From the NCBI RefSeq assembly GCF_000002075.1, contig NW_004797274.1:3532381-3596380 (forward strand): a DNA stretch of 64,000 nucleotides. The letters run 5' to 3'. Every line of letters starts with the position of its first letter. Position 1 is the stretch's first letter. Source of the stretch: Aplysia californica (Eukaryota). The translations under genes and the position numbers were made by a program. Below are positions 11,995-23,444 of this stretch, in pieces. The notes under the pieces were generated by a model, which saw nothing but the letters and a program-made list of their open reading frames with translations, made no database searches and was not told the origin of the DNA.

Positions 11995-13808
11995 TCAGTG
12001 GAAACTCAAAACAACTCTCTTCAATGGCCCTGGGATGGGCAGTTCAAAGACATTTCCCATGTGCAGCTTGCAGGATCTCCAAATAGCCTTTGAACAACAT
12101 CTCTGCAGTGACCATGGTTCTTGGGTCTCCATCCTATACTCCTCAAGGACCGATTCATACATTTTGTCTTCCAGAAAGTGAATGTTTCCCAATTCTTGAA
12201 GCTCATTATTGTTTTCAGTAGCAACTTTCAGCTTTTCAAACGTGTCCACAAATTCCTGATATGCCAGAATAAGTGACCTCTGGCTCATGAACTTCATGAT
12301 ATACTTAAAGTGTTTCAAGTCTTTCTCTGAGAAAATGTGCATTACTGGGCTGAGTTCTGCATTGGAAAGAGGGAGTGTCCATACAGAAAATGGAAGAACG
12401 TTCAGTGCATAATGAACATTTGTGTTCAATGTCGGAATGTGCCAATTCCCTCTCGCATCAGCGTCAACACCATACCGAAGCAATAAGCGTAAAATTGGGT
12501 AACTTGTGAAACATGTTGCTCTGGTAGAGGTTAAGACATGCAAGGCCGTTCCTTCATGATAAGATCCTTTAAGAGTGTCATCGTAAAAAGATTTTTCATT
12601 GAATTTACCACAATAAGCCAAATCCAAACCATGTCGAAGTAGAATTTCTATGCACTGTATACATACTGATCAATTGGATCTGTTGAAGAAGTATCTTCTA
12701 CGTCCCGTTTGAGTAGAGGAAGAGTGCACAGCAAACAGTGGACAGCACTAGAGTAAGGCCGCCTTCCAAATGCTGTGCTCTGCTCAGGGTCTCTCAGCTT
12801 TTCCTCAATCAAAATCTCATCTACGTTGGGATCAGCACCAGCACTGACCAGCACCAAAAGAGCAGCAATAAGGTAGGGTGCACATTCATCCACAGAACAA
12901 CCGCCAGGATAATGGCTCAACAAACTATACAGAGGGAATGTCCGCGAAGGCCTACAGGCATTAACATTTTGATTGTGCCGTAACAGCACTGACGTAATCT
13001 CCACCATGGCTTCATACTGGTTTGGAGTCCGGCAACTTCTGTAGGAGTAGAGCACATGGAACAAGTTCATACCCTGGAAAGCCTTCTTCACATCTTGGGA
13101 GCCTCCCTCCCGTAGAACTACATCAATACACTCAGGTACACCCATCCTCATCGCAGACTCCAGTGCCTCTTTCTTGTCACTGTGTTCTTGCAACAAAAGT
13201 CTGAGAGCGTTGGGGGAATTTACTTGACAAGCAATCGTCAAGTAAGAAGTTGGCGCCATTGTTGAGTTTGATTTTCGTCGATGTTCAGATGATGAGTTCT
13301 GAACTTGCCAAAAATCAAGAATGAGACGGACACACTGTATGTTACCAAATAATGCAGCGATGTCAACAGGTGTGAGTTTTTTACTTTTCTCAGCCTCTTG
13401 TAATTCTGGAGCTTGCTGATGGAGTTTTGATTTAATGGCACAAGAGTAGACACTCCAGTCTAAAACAACTGCTTCATGTTGAAACTTCATATCTTGAATT
13501 ATTGTGGAAATGAAAGTTCTGTATCCAAGGCAAGCTACTAAGTGTAGGTAAGGCCAAATACGGGGTTCATAAGGGGGTTTAAAGAGCCCTCGGTTCAACA
13601 AATGGACAAGCGCGATGACATTGTTTTCTAAGATACAATGGTGGAGCAAGTCAAGGCCATTGCCATCTTTCCACTGCACTATTGCTTGTGACTGACACTT
13701 CAAAATCCGTGTCTTGAGATTCTGACTTTCAAAGTGCAGTTGTATTGCCTCAAGAAGTAGAGAAATGTTGTGCCTCTGATCCGGGGTTACAGCATGGTTA
13801 GTAGACAT
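11995..13808 (-). CDS. Ankyrin repeat and SOCS box protein (ASB-like), ~600 aa, single coding exon split by a 1-nt frameshift at ~12651-12669
   Basis: ORF 13808-12648 has ankyrin motifs (GLDLLHHCI, WPYLHLVACLG, TPVDIAALFGNIQCVRLIL, LVSAGADPN). The -1 frame continues CIEILLRHGLDL..GTALHVL..LLLRYGVDADARG and ends in a SOCS box PWSLQRCCSKAIWR..VFELPIPGPLKRVV. A pyrimidine tract plus CAG acceptor lies upstream (exon starts 13858). Confidence 0.85.
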
Positions 13809-14284
13809 GACGAGATCTCTAAATCCACATTCTATGGCAACTTTTGTCCTACTGAACTCTGAAAAAGATGAAAAGAATTAAAATAAATTTTAATAGTAAA
13901 TCAAACAATATCAAAAACAGCACTTAATGTCATTTTGAACAAAAACATGAAGGCCGGTTTACTACTTAGCGGATCCACAGTGGTGTAGTTGCTGGCTGAC
14001 TTGACCCTAAGGTGAGGTCAAACTTCGGTCACATCTACCTCACACCAGCATGCACTCTGCCAAACTGATGTGTGCCTTCCTGTAAAGCTGTGTTTTACAC
14101 CCATGAAGCAGACATCTTTCATATCATGGTTGTGAAAATCAGTCTAAAAACTTAAAACATTAAAGTAGAGAGAAGGTGTACTTTCCGAAAATATAATTCA
14201 TGTAAGGCCTACATAAAAAGTAAATGAAAGTGTGGCACAAGAAGAGAAGCAGATTACCTTGGAGCAAGAGGTTTTATTATCATG

Positions 14285-16201
14285 TACAAACCCACAGTGA
14301 AATTAAAACTGAAAACAAACAATGGAGTTTTCTGATCTTAACTCCCTAGGACACTGCAGTAAAACAGAATATGAGAGCCTTTAAAATGATTACGGATAAT
14401 ATCATATGTCTCTAGTCTGTCGAGGAAGGAGCATATGGGACCCAGGCAACTCCAAAAATGATTTAGTTCAGTTCTGAAGGCTAAGATGTGCAAGTGAAGA
14501 ACATATAACCTTCTCTGTCTAGGAATCACCAGTCGAACTGTCACGTTAAATGCCCATAAAAGGTAGTGGGTGAGTTTAACGGAACTTGCAAAAAAATAAT
14601 TAGGTCATAACTAAAATTGAGTGCCAAATATTAAATAAAAAAGGAGGGATAGGGACAATAGATGTTTGATAAGAAAGAAGAAGCAAATCACTAACATTGA
14701 GTGCCAAATATTAAATAAAAAAGGAGGGATAGGGACAATAGATGTTTGATAAGAAAGAAGAAGCAAATCACACCATACCACCTGCCAACACCCGCATAAG
14801 TACACCAAAAAATAAGTCCTGTTGCTTAGGTTAGGCTACATTAATAGCCAGTATACATCTCCTCTTTTCAAATTCTGGGAGAAATTTCAAATGATCCACC
14901 TGATATCAGAGGCATTTCTATACATGAATAAAAGATGTGGTACCTCATATTGTATGGCTATGTGTTATATGATATTATTAGTTCATGTTCTCTGAACGTT
15001 ATGTAGTGTACCCCATATTATTTCTTGTTATGTCGTACCTGTATCATTCATTGTCCCTATTAATCCGTGTTCACAGATGAAGTCATCATCTACCGTTTAT
15101 AAAATAATAAATGAACTACACTGAGAAGTCTTTCTTCATGATGATTTCATCGCTTTGAGAGCAGCCACACAAGCGTTCTTCATGACGGTGTCANNNNNNN
15201 NNNNNNNNNNNNNNNNNNNNNNNNNNNNNNNNNNNNNNNNNNNNNNNNNNNNNNNNNNNNNNNNNNNNNNNNNNNNNNNNNNNNNNNNNNNNNTACAAAC
15301 CCACAGTGAAATTAAAACTGAAAACAAACAATGGAGTTTTCTGATCTTAACTCCCTAGGACACTGCAGTAAAACAGAATATGAGAGCCTTTAAAATGATT
15401 ACGGATAATATCATATGTCTCTAGTCTGCCGAGGAAGGAGCAGATGGGACCCAGGCAACTCCAAAAATGATTTAGTTCAGTTCTGAAGGCTAAGATGTGC
15501 AAGTGAAGAACATATAACCTTCTCTGTCTAGGAATCACCAGTCGAACTGTCACGTTAAATGCCCATAAAAGGTAGCGAGTGAGTTTAACGGAACTTGCAA
15601 AAAAATAATTAGGTCATAACTAAAATTGAGTGCCAAATATTAAATAAAAAAGGAGGGATAGGGACAATAGATGTTTGATAAGAAAGAAGAAGCAAATCAC
15701 TAACATTGAGTGCCAAATATTAAATAAAAAAGGAGGGACAGGGACAATAGATGTTTGATAAGGAAGAAGAAGCAAATCACACCATACCACCTGCCAACAC
15801 CCGCACAAGTACACCAAAAAATAAGTCCGGTTGCTTAGGTTAGGCTACATTAATAGCCCATATACATCTCCTCTTTTCAAATTCTGGGAGAAATTTCAAA
15901 TGATCCACCTGATATCAGAGGCATTTCTATACATGAATAAAAGATGTGGTACCCCATATTGTATGGCTATGTGTTATATGATATTATTAGTTCATGTTCT
16001 CTGTACGTTATGTAGTGTACCCCATATTATTTCTTGTTATGTCGTACCTGTATCATTCATTGTCCCTATTAATCTGTGTTCACAGATGAAGTCATCATCT
16101 ACCGTTTATAAATAATAAATGAACTACACTGAGAAGTCTTTCTTCATGATGATTTCATCGCTTTGAGAGCAGCCACACAAGCGTTCTTCATGACGGTGTC
16201 A
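14285..16201. repeat. ~910-bp near-identical direct duplication across a 100-N gap (14285-15193 = 15294-16201), probable haplotype/assembly overlap
   Basis: Copies abut the gap and differ by scattered SNPs and a 1-nt indel. Each carries a SINE with an internal 80-bp tandem duplication and the Gypsy 5' LTR (extra copy at 14951-15138). Confidence 0.85.
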
Positions 16202-16278
16202 GCCTTATGAGAAAGTTTGAAAGCAATTGATCACCCAGGACATCTAATCCACCAGTCTTCAACCCACAACTCGGCAAC

Positions 16279-19200
16279 ATGGTCATATGCCCTTTCCCAG
16301 GCTGTGACTATGAAACCGGTGAAGGAGACGCCCCGGTGGTGGCGGCACTGCTCAATATACATGCCCTCACACACAATCAAACTGCCCACCCTCCTGCACC
16401 ACCTCAACCAAAACTCGACCGCCCCAAAATTGACATCGGGGTAGAGGAGGAGGTATGGAATGGGTTCGTAAGGAGATGGGAGGCTTTCAAAATAGGATCG
16501 GGCATAAACGAGGCCACTGCCTCAATGCAACTGTTCCAATGTGTGTCAGAACCCCTGGGCGATCTGATACTGAAGGCTGACCCTAATATCCAGTCAAAAT
16601 CATTCAAGGAGGTCAAGTCAATAATGCGGGAATTTGCTGTGATACCAGTCGCCATTGGTGTGAGAAGGGCAGAACCCATGCAGCTACGCCAGGCACCCGA
16701 CGAACAATTTCGCACTTTCGCTGCCAGGGTAAAGGGTCAGGCCGAGACCTGCATGTTCACAACCATCGCTAAATGCACATGCAATGAAGTTGTCCAAGCC
16801 GACTACACAATTGAGACAGTCAGGGATGTCCTCCGGGCAGGAATCGCAGACCTTGACATTCGCAGAGAGGCCCTTAGTACACGGGACATTCAGTAGAAAA
16901 GAGTCAACGACATCATCGCTTTTGTTGAAGGCCACGAGATAGCTAGAAATGCCACACCTAGCACATCCATGTCAGCACTCTCAGCATTCAAGAAGAGACA
17001 GTCACATGAGAATGATCCCACCAAGAGGCCCCCTTCTCCAGATACTTACAGATCCAATGATCTCACTAAGGGGCCTTCTTCTCCAGACACAAACAAACCG
17101 GTGCCATGCCCTGACTGCGGGAAGAAATTCAATGTATTCAAGCAAAGGGCAAACGGCTCCTGGAACACTAGACCCCACACGAAATGCATCAATTGCTAGC
17201 AAGCTAGTCGTCGCAGAGAAGAGCCCACATCTCTCAGCTTCTTGTCGACTGAGCCGGCTGTGTCCCAGATTGGTGCGGTGGCTCTGCATCAAGAAGTGAT
17301 CTCCAAAAGTGACCTAAAAAAGTCTAGGAGCTCATGCCATCTTCGTGCAGAGCTCTGCATCACAATGGCCGGGATCAAGAAGAACATAAACCAGCCTGAA
17401 GCCCACTTGAGAGGTATCATGGACAGCGGGGCCATGTCAAACCTGTGGGGCCTAAAGAACTTCACCGAAAGTGGCTTTTCAAAATCTGACCTTCTGCCTG
17501 TGAACATGAACATGAGGGCCACCAAAAAAAAACTAAAAAACATTGTTGGAGCCTTTAATGCATTAGTTAAGGATAAATCACCCAGCGGTGAAATTATTGC
17601 TAGCACATGTTTGGTGTACATATCAGACTGAGTGAATGATTTCTTCTTATCATATGACACTGCACTTGATTTAGGCATCATTGATAAATCTTTCCCAACA
17701 ATTGGTGCATGCATGAACAAATGTTTTGGGTCCACAGCAAACAAACCAGAAAAGAAGGAGCATCAACAACATGTTAGGTCAATTAATTCTGGTTGCACTG
17801 GTGCAGAACAAAATGAGCACAATTGCAAATGCCCTCAGCGAGAGTCCATACTCCAAAGATCCACTTCACTGCCTTTTGCTCCTATACCGGAGAACAATGA
17901 GAAGATGCGTGATTGGCTGCTGGAGAGGTACAGTAGGTCCACCTTCAACACATGCCCTCACAGGCCCTTGCCTTGCATGACAGGACCCCCTGTAGAAATA
18001 CATGTTGAGAAGACTGCCATTCCCAAAGCCTGCCACACTGCAGCACCCATACCCCTTCACTGGCAAGAGCAGGTCCATAAAGACCTGGTGCGGGACGAAG
18101 CTTTGGGGGTAATAGAGAAGGTCCCCTTTTGAGAGCCAGTTATCTGGTGCCACCGCATGGTACTGTCCCCGTAGAATTATGCAAATTTAGAAGGCCAAAT
18201 TATGCAAGAAAAAGGCCAAATTATGCAAAAAATATGCAAGTTACCGTAACACCATTCGAGACATGTTTTGCACTTTTTCAACACGAAGTTTCATGATTTT
18301 CATGTTTTATGTACAGAAAAATTGAAAACAGAACATATCAGTATCAGTAATTTATTGTGTATTTGGAAAAGAAAACAATATACATCAGTAAAAAAAAAAA
18401 CAACCAAAAAATATAATCTCTCTAACTTTCAGCTGTAGATCTAAATCTATAGAGGAAAGAAAAATGTTTAAGAAAAAAAAAAAAAAGGACATCTTGACCT
18501 CTGATGCTGGCACACTACTAAAACCAGGGACACCTGTAAAACATGAAACATCAGAGGACATGAGAACAACAACTTTTGATGGATTGAAAAATGGAACATG
18601 CTCAAGGAACAAAATCACAACCCATAGCCAAGATCTACTAACAAGGGAAATAGCCAACTTTTCACTTGAATAAGGCTTATTACGGTGATTATGTCCCTTT
18701 AGTTACATGGCGAGGCGTTAATTGATTGTTTTGTGCAAAAAAAAGGGGGAAAAAATGAAAAAACGCAGAGAATCCAAAATTATGCAAATGTTGCAGAATT
18801 ACGCGAAAAAACGCGGCCGCACAATCGCATAATCCTACGGGGACAGATGGTAGTCACAAGGAAACACGATGGCAGCCCAAGAAGAACAGTCGATCTCTCA
18901 CCCCTCAATAAATTCTGCAAACGAGAAACCCTTGCGAGGCGCATCCCTGGTAAGACATGGAAGTCTGTTACCGATGCATGGAATGGCTACCACAGTGTAC
19001 CACTAAGAAAAGATGACAGACACCTCACCACTTTCATAACCCCATTTGGTAGATGGAGGTACACTCCTGCACCACAGGGTTTCCTTTCTTCAGGGGATGG
19101 ATACAACAGACCGTTTGATGCCATCCTGTCAAACTTCAAGAGAAAGGAGCGATGCGTTGATGACACATGTCACTATGACGACAACCTTGAAGCACATTGG

Positions 19201-21000
19201 TGGAGGACCATTGATCTCCTATCCACATGTGGAGCAGCTGGCATAGTCCTCAACTCAGACAAGTTCCAGTTTGAACAAAGAGAGGTTGACTTCGCCGGAT
19301 TCAGGATATCAGAAGACAAAATCCTCCCGCTGCCAAAGTACCTTGATGCAATCAAGTCCTTTCCCACCCCTACAAGCACAACGGACATCCACNNNNNNNN
19401 NNNNNNNNNNNNNNNNNNNNNNNNNNNNNNNNNNNNNNNNNNNNNNNNNNNNNNNNNNNNNNNNNNNNNNNNNNNNNNNNNNNNNNNNNNNNGGTCTGGA
19501 GCAGACCAGGTATTTCACCCAAGGCTGCTAGGACTTGTTGATAGTCACAGACCACAAACCCTTGAAGAAAATCTTTGGGGACAGGATGTTGGATGAGATA
19601 TCAAACACACGGCTCTTTCGTTTGAAGCAGCGAATGTTACCGTGGTACTTCCGCATCCAGCATATGCCAGGGGTCACAAACAGCGTTGCTGATGCAATGT
19701 CAAGATACCCCTCACCATACGCGAACAACACACTCTCCATTGCAGACATGTCAGAAAGCATGATCGCAGCATCCATTCGCGGTGATGTGGTAGATGTGAC
19801 CACCATATCATCGGACCGCATAGTCACAGAAACCCAAAAAGACAGCGTACTCTCAGCCCAACTCAGTGCCCTTATATCATCAAATGATTGAGAATGGGAA
19901 GGCCAGAATTGAGTGAGTATGCGGGATATCGCGAGTCCCTATACGTCTTGGATGGTGTCATCCTCTACAGAGATAGAGTTGTCATACCATTGTCCCTAAG
20001 GAAGACCATTACTGAGGGTCTTCACGCTGCTCACCAAGGAGTCTCATCAATGGAGATACTGGCTCAGTCCACTGTGTTCTGGCCAGGAATGACTAATGAC
20101 ATACAGCATGTTCGAGCCAGATGCACGGATTGCAACAAAAATGCACTGTCTCAAGCCCAACTTCCTTCAAACCCTGCCCACCCACCCTAAACCTCATTCG
20201 AGAAAGTCTTTGCAGACTTCTTTGACTGTGGAGGCCACCACTATCTGGTGATCGGTGACCGTCTGTCTGGGTGGCCTGAGGTTTATTCCACCACCACAGG
20301 AAGTGCCCATGCTGGAGCAAGAGGCCTTATAGCCTGTCTACGGAAATTCTTTGCCACATTTGGGGTACCAGAGGAGTTGTCATCAGACGGCGGCCCTGAA
20401 TTCACTGCCAGCCAGACAAAGAATTTCCTGTCCACATGGGGTGTACACCATAGGAAATCGTGCGCATACCACCCACAATCCAATGGGCGTGCTGAAGTAG
20501 CGGTCAAATCGGCCAAGCACCTACTCAGATCAAACATCAACCCCTCAGGAAGCCTCGACAGCAACAAATTCCTGAAAGCCCTTCTGCAACTTAGGAACAC
20601 CCCAGACCCTGATTGCAAGCTTTCACCTGCTGAGTTAGTCTTCGGGCGTCCGATCAGAGACATATATTCTCTTTTGTGAATAGGCTTGAAAAATTTTGTA
20701 ATAAAGCCATACCACCCACTTGAAGAGAGGCATGGGCAGCCAAGGAAACTGCGCTACGGACAAGGTTTGTAAAAACATCAGAGAAGCTCAACGAGCACTC
20801 AAGAAACCTGCCCAAGATGTCCATTGGGGACAGATGTTTTGTCCAGAACCAGACTGGCAATAACCCTAAAAGATGGGACCGAACAGGATTAGTTGTTGAA
20901 ACCGGCCCCAATGACCAATACGTGGTCAACGATTGATGGTTCAGGACGGCTGACGTCAAGAAACCGGCGCTGCCTTCGCCAGTTCCAGCCTGCCACTTCA
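16279..21000 (+). pseudogene. Disrupted gag-pol of the Gypsy element
   Basis: Gag start MVICPFPGCDY and CPDC..HTKC; protease DSGAMS (~17420); RT RTVDL, DAWNGYH, FITPFGRWRY, PQG, CVDD; RNase H TDHKPL; integrase H-x3-H..C-x2-C, ADFF, SDGGPEF, HPQSNGRAE. Several in-frame stops and frameshifts, a MITE insertion and a gap. Confidence 0.92.
18163..18846. mobile_element. MITE with 6-bp TSD nested in the Gypsy RT
   Basis: TIR CTGTCCCCGTAGAATTATGC / GCATAATCCTACGGGGACAG, perfect TSD ATGGTA. Removing the element restores WCHRMV-VTRKHDGSPRRTVDL. Confidence 0.95.
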
Positions 21001-22047
21001 ACCATACAACCCGCACTAGCACGTAACAGCCCAAATGACTTTGAGGTTACTCTGCCTTTGGAGGAGATCCATACGGGACAAAAGTTTCCAACTGAGCCAG
21101 TCAATGAGGAGCAATTTAAAGAATTGCTCCAAGCCCTTCCCCTCAGCCCCATCCCCCAGAAGCACCTCAGGAGGCAAAGAAAAGTCTTTCCGCAGCCCTG
21201 AAACGCCTTCTTCCAAACAATAAAGAGGGGTTACAGGAAGCGGTCAAACCTGAGGAGCAGGGGGGGAGAAAACCAAGGGGGGGGGGGAGGAAAGATCTGA
21301 ACATGCCATGAACTTGGGGGGGATGTATGGTTATTTGTTATATATGATATTATTAGTTCATGTTCTCTGTACGTTATGTGGTGTACCCCATATTATTTCT
21401 TGTTATGTCGTACCTGTATCATTCATTGTCCCTGTTAATCCATGTTCACAGATGAAGTCATCATCTACCGTTGATAATAAATGAACTACACTGAAGAGTC
21501 TTAGAGTCTTTCTTCACATAAGATGCATGTTGGGTGGTCAGTTCCTGTTTTGACCAATACTATAAGTACTATAATTAACATTGTAGTACTTCGCTATTAC
21601 CAGCACATTTACTAATTTATAAGGGCCTTTAATATTTTCTCATGAGGCCAAACCGCTGAACGTCCCTCCTGCCCAGGCATCCCTGCTTCAAGATCACAAT
21701 TAAAGTCACCTGCCTTTGCCATTCCACTACTCAGTCAAATGTAGGCCTATAATGTAGTTTGGCATTAGGATGTGGAAGTCAAATTTTTTTTAATCACACA
21801 TTTATAACATGGCCAAAATTAGAAGCGAGTAGAAGCAGAAGGTCGGATCGTGGTGCTGTAAGAACGAAAAAAAGCTGGTTTATTATTTTAATTTTGTTTG
21901 AATCTGTTTAGAGTGTGGGGAACACCTCGAAAAAAATTTAAAAACAGTTCAGAGAATAAATTTCGACTTTCAAGAAACTATTAAATCTAGATTCTAGATC
22001 TAGTCTAGATCTAGACTCTAGATCTAATTTATGTGATAATAATAATG

Positions 22048-22780
22048 AAAGGAAGAGGCTAGCCTTACTTAATGTCGGCTAGACAGTCTAGCCGTACTTA
22101 TTCTTAATATGATGGCTAGACTGACCATTTAAAAAAAAAATAGGCCTATACTGAATTGTAAATATACATTTTTAGTTTGCAGTACCTAAAGTATTTGTAT
22201 TTGAGACGAAACCAGGTGCCTTAATGACAGTGCATGTATTTTAAACCTCCTGTTTTCTAATGTTAATAGGACCTAAGATACTAGCCGTACTTAATATTGA
22301 TGGCTGAATTGTAAATGAATTTTTTTGTTTGCAAAGCCTAAAGTATTTGTATTTCAGACAAAACCAAAAGGTGCCTTACTGACTTACATGTATTTGAAGG
22401 TAAGATTGAAGAATACCGGACCAGCGGACTGACTTTGTCTATGTCTCTACCTTAGGAATTCATAAAATTTTCCCGTTTTTAATATCTCTCAATGGAGAAT
22501 CTCGGACCGGTAGATCTAGATCTATTTATTAAAAATTTGTCAGGGGGGAGACCCCCCTGAACCCCCCCTCCCCCCTCCTCCACCCAAACAACCCGCCCCA
22601 CTTTCTCGCGCAATAATGTATGAGTGGTCCGATGCCGATATTCTTCAATCTTCCCTATTGAACCAGGTCTAATGAGACCTGTGTACTGAACAGGCTTGAG
22701 TCGATAGGGCCAAACCTAGATCTAAGTACGGCTAGACTGGCAGTCTAGCCTAGACTCTCGGTCTATAGTACGGCTAGCCA
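22048..22780. repeat. GGCTAG-rich dispersed repeat, copy A (inverted relative to copy B at 26025-27462)
   Basis: 22048-22398 is the reverse complement of 26135-26417 plus 27380-27462, and 22665-22750 is the reverse complement of 26030-26113. Confidence 0.85.
22399..22655. mobile_element. Small MITE inserted in repeat copy A
   Basis: TIR GGTAAGATTGAAGAATACCGG / CCGATATTCTTCAATCTTCCC, flanked by TATTTGAA / TATTGAA; absent from copy B. Confidence 0.75.
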
Positions 22781-22899
22781 CTGAAATGATTAAACGACAT
22801 CAACGGCGCTTGACTTTGACACAAGTGACAAGATATGGACATAATACCTGTAAACTATAATGGCTCTCAAATGCCCGAGTATGGATCGTTTAGAATTGT

Positions 22900-23444
22900 T
22901 CGAACAAAAGCTTTAGACATAAAGTGACAATGCATTTATTTTGATAAGAACTTACACAAATTTATCAACCTGACAGGACAAGCCGTTTCATTGATTATGT
23001 AGATAGACTTGAGCTATGCCAACATTGTTTACAGTGTTGTTATTGAAGCTTTAAAAAAATTATAACCGGAAAATTGCTCCAGGTTCACTGGGAGATTAAT
23101 GAAACCTCCCTGCTCTGGGCTGGGAGAGAAAAGATGTTGTTTGCATTAAGGATATCATTGATCAGCCCAAAAATAGTGTTTTACACTTATTTCACGGTTA
23201 AATTTTAAATATGGGAGTCAAGTTTACATTTAAGAGACAAAAATATTGAGAGTGCAGTTCAGTTACTACACAATGGTTGATCCCTGATATTACTTACCGG
23301 AAGTTTGAAACCGAAAGCTGCTGTTTACAGTATGCCATGCGTTCTGAGTTCCTACACATCACGCTTGTTGTTGGATTTACCTCCCTCGAAATGTGTGCGC
23401 TGTTTTAGTATCGCATTTATAATACATGTCTAGAGTGTACGAAA
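22900..23444. promoter_or_regulatory. Putative bidirectional promoter for UTP20 (+) and the ASB-like gene (-)
   Basis: Unique sequence just upstream of the UTP20 ATG with CCGGAAGT at 23297. Minus-strand GTAAGT donors at 23292-23297 and 22950-22955 could end a non-coding first exon of the ASB-like gene. Confidence 0.5.

Larger units (their letters stand above)
15960..21516 (+). mobile_element. Full-length decayed Ty3/Gypsy LTR retrotransposon
   Basis: LTRs 15960-16146 and 21324-21516 (TG...CA), PPT AACTTGGGGGGGA before the 3' LTR, flanks CATAT/CATAA (5-bp TSD, one mismatch). Domain order is gag-PR-RT-RH-IN. Confidence 0.95.

Noticed and set aside
12655-12662. 8-nt GT..AG (minus strand GTATACAG) whose removal would fix the ASB-like frame
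   Set aside because: Far below the minimum spliceosomal intron size.
15949-15960. Flank GTACCCCATATT matching an LTR-internal 12-mer, suggesting homology-guided insertion
   Set aside because: Short, and the duplicate copy has a mismatch; likely chance.
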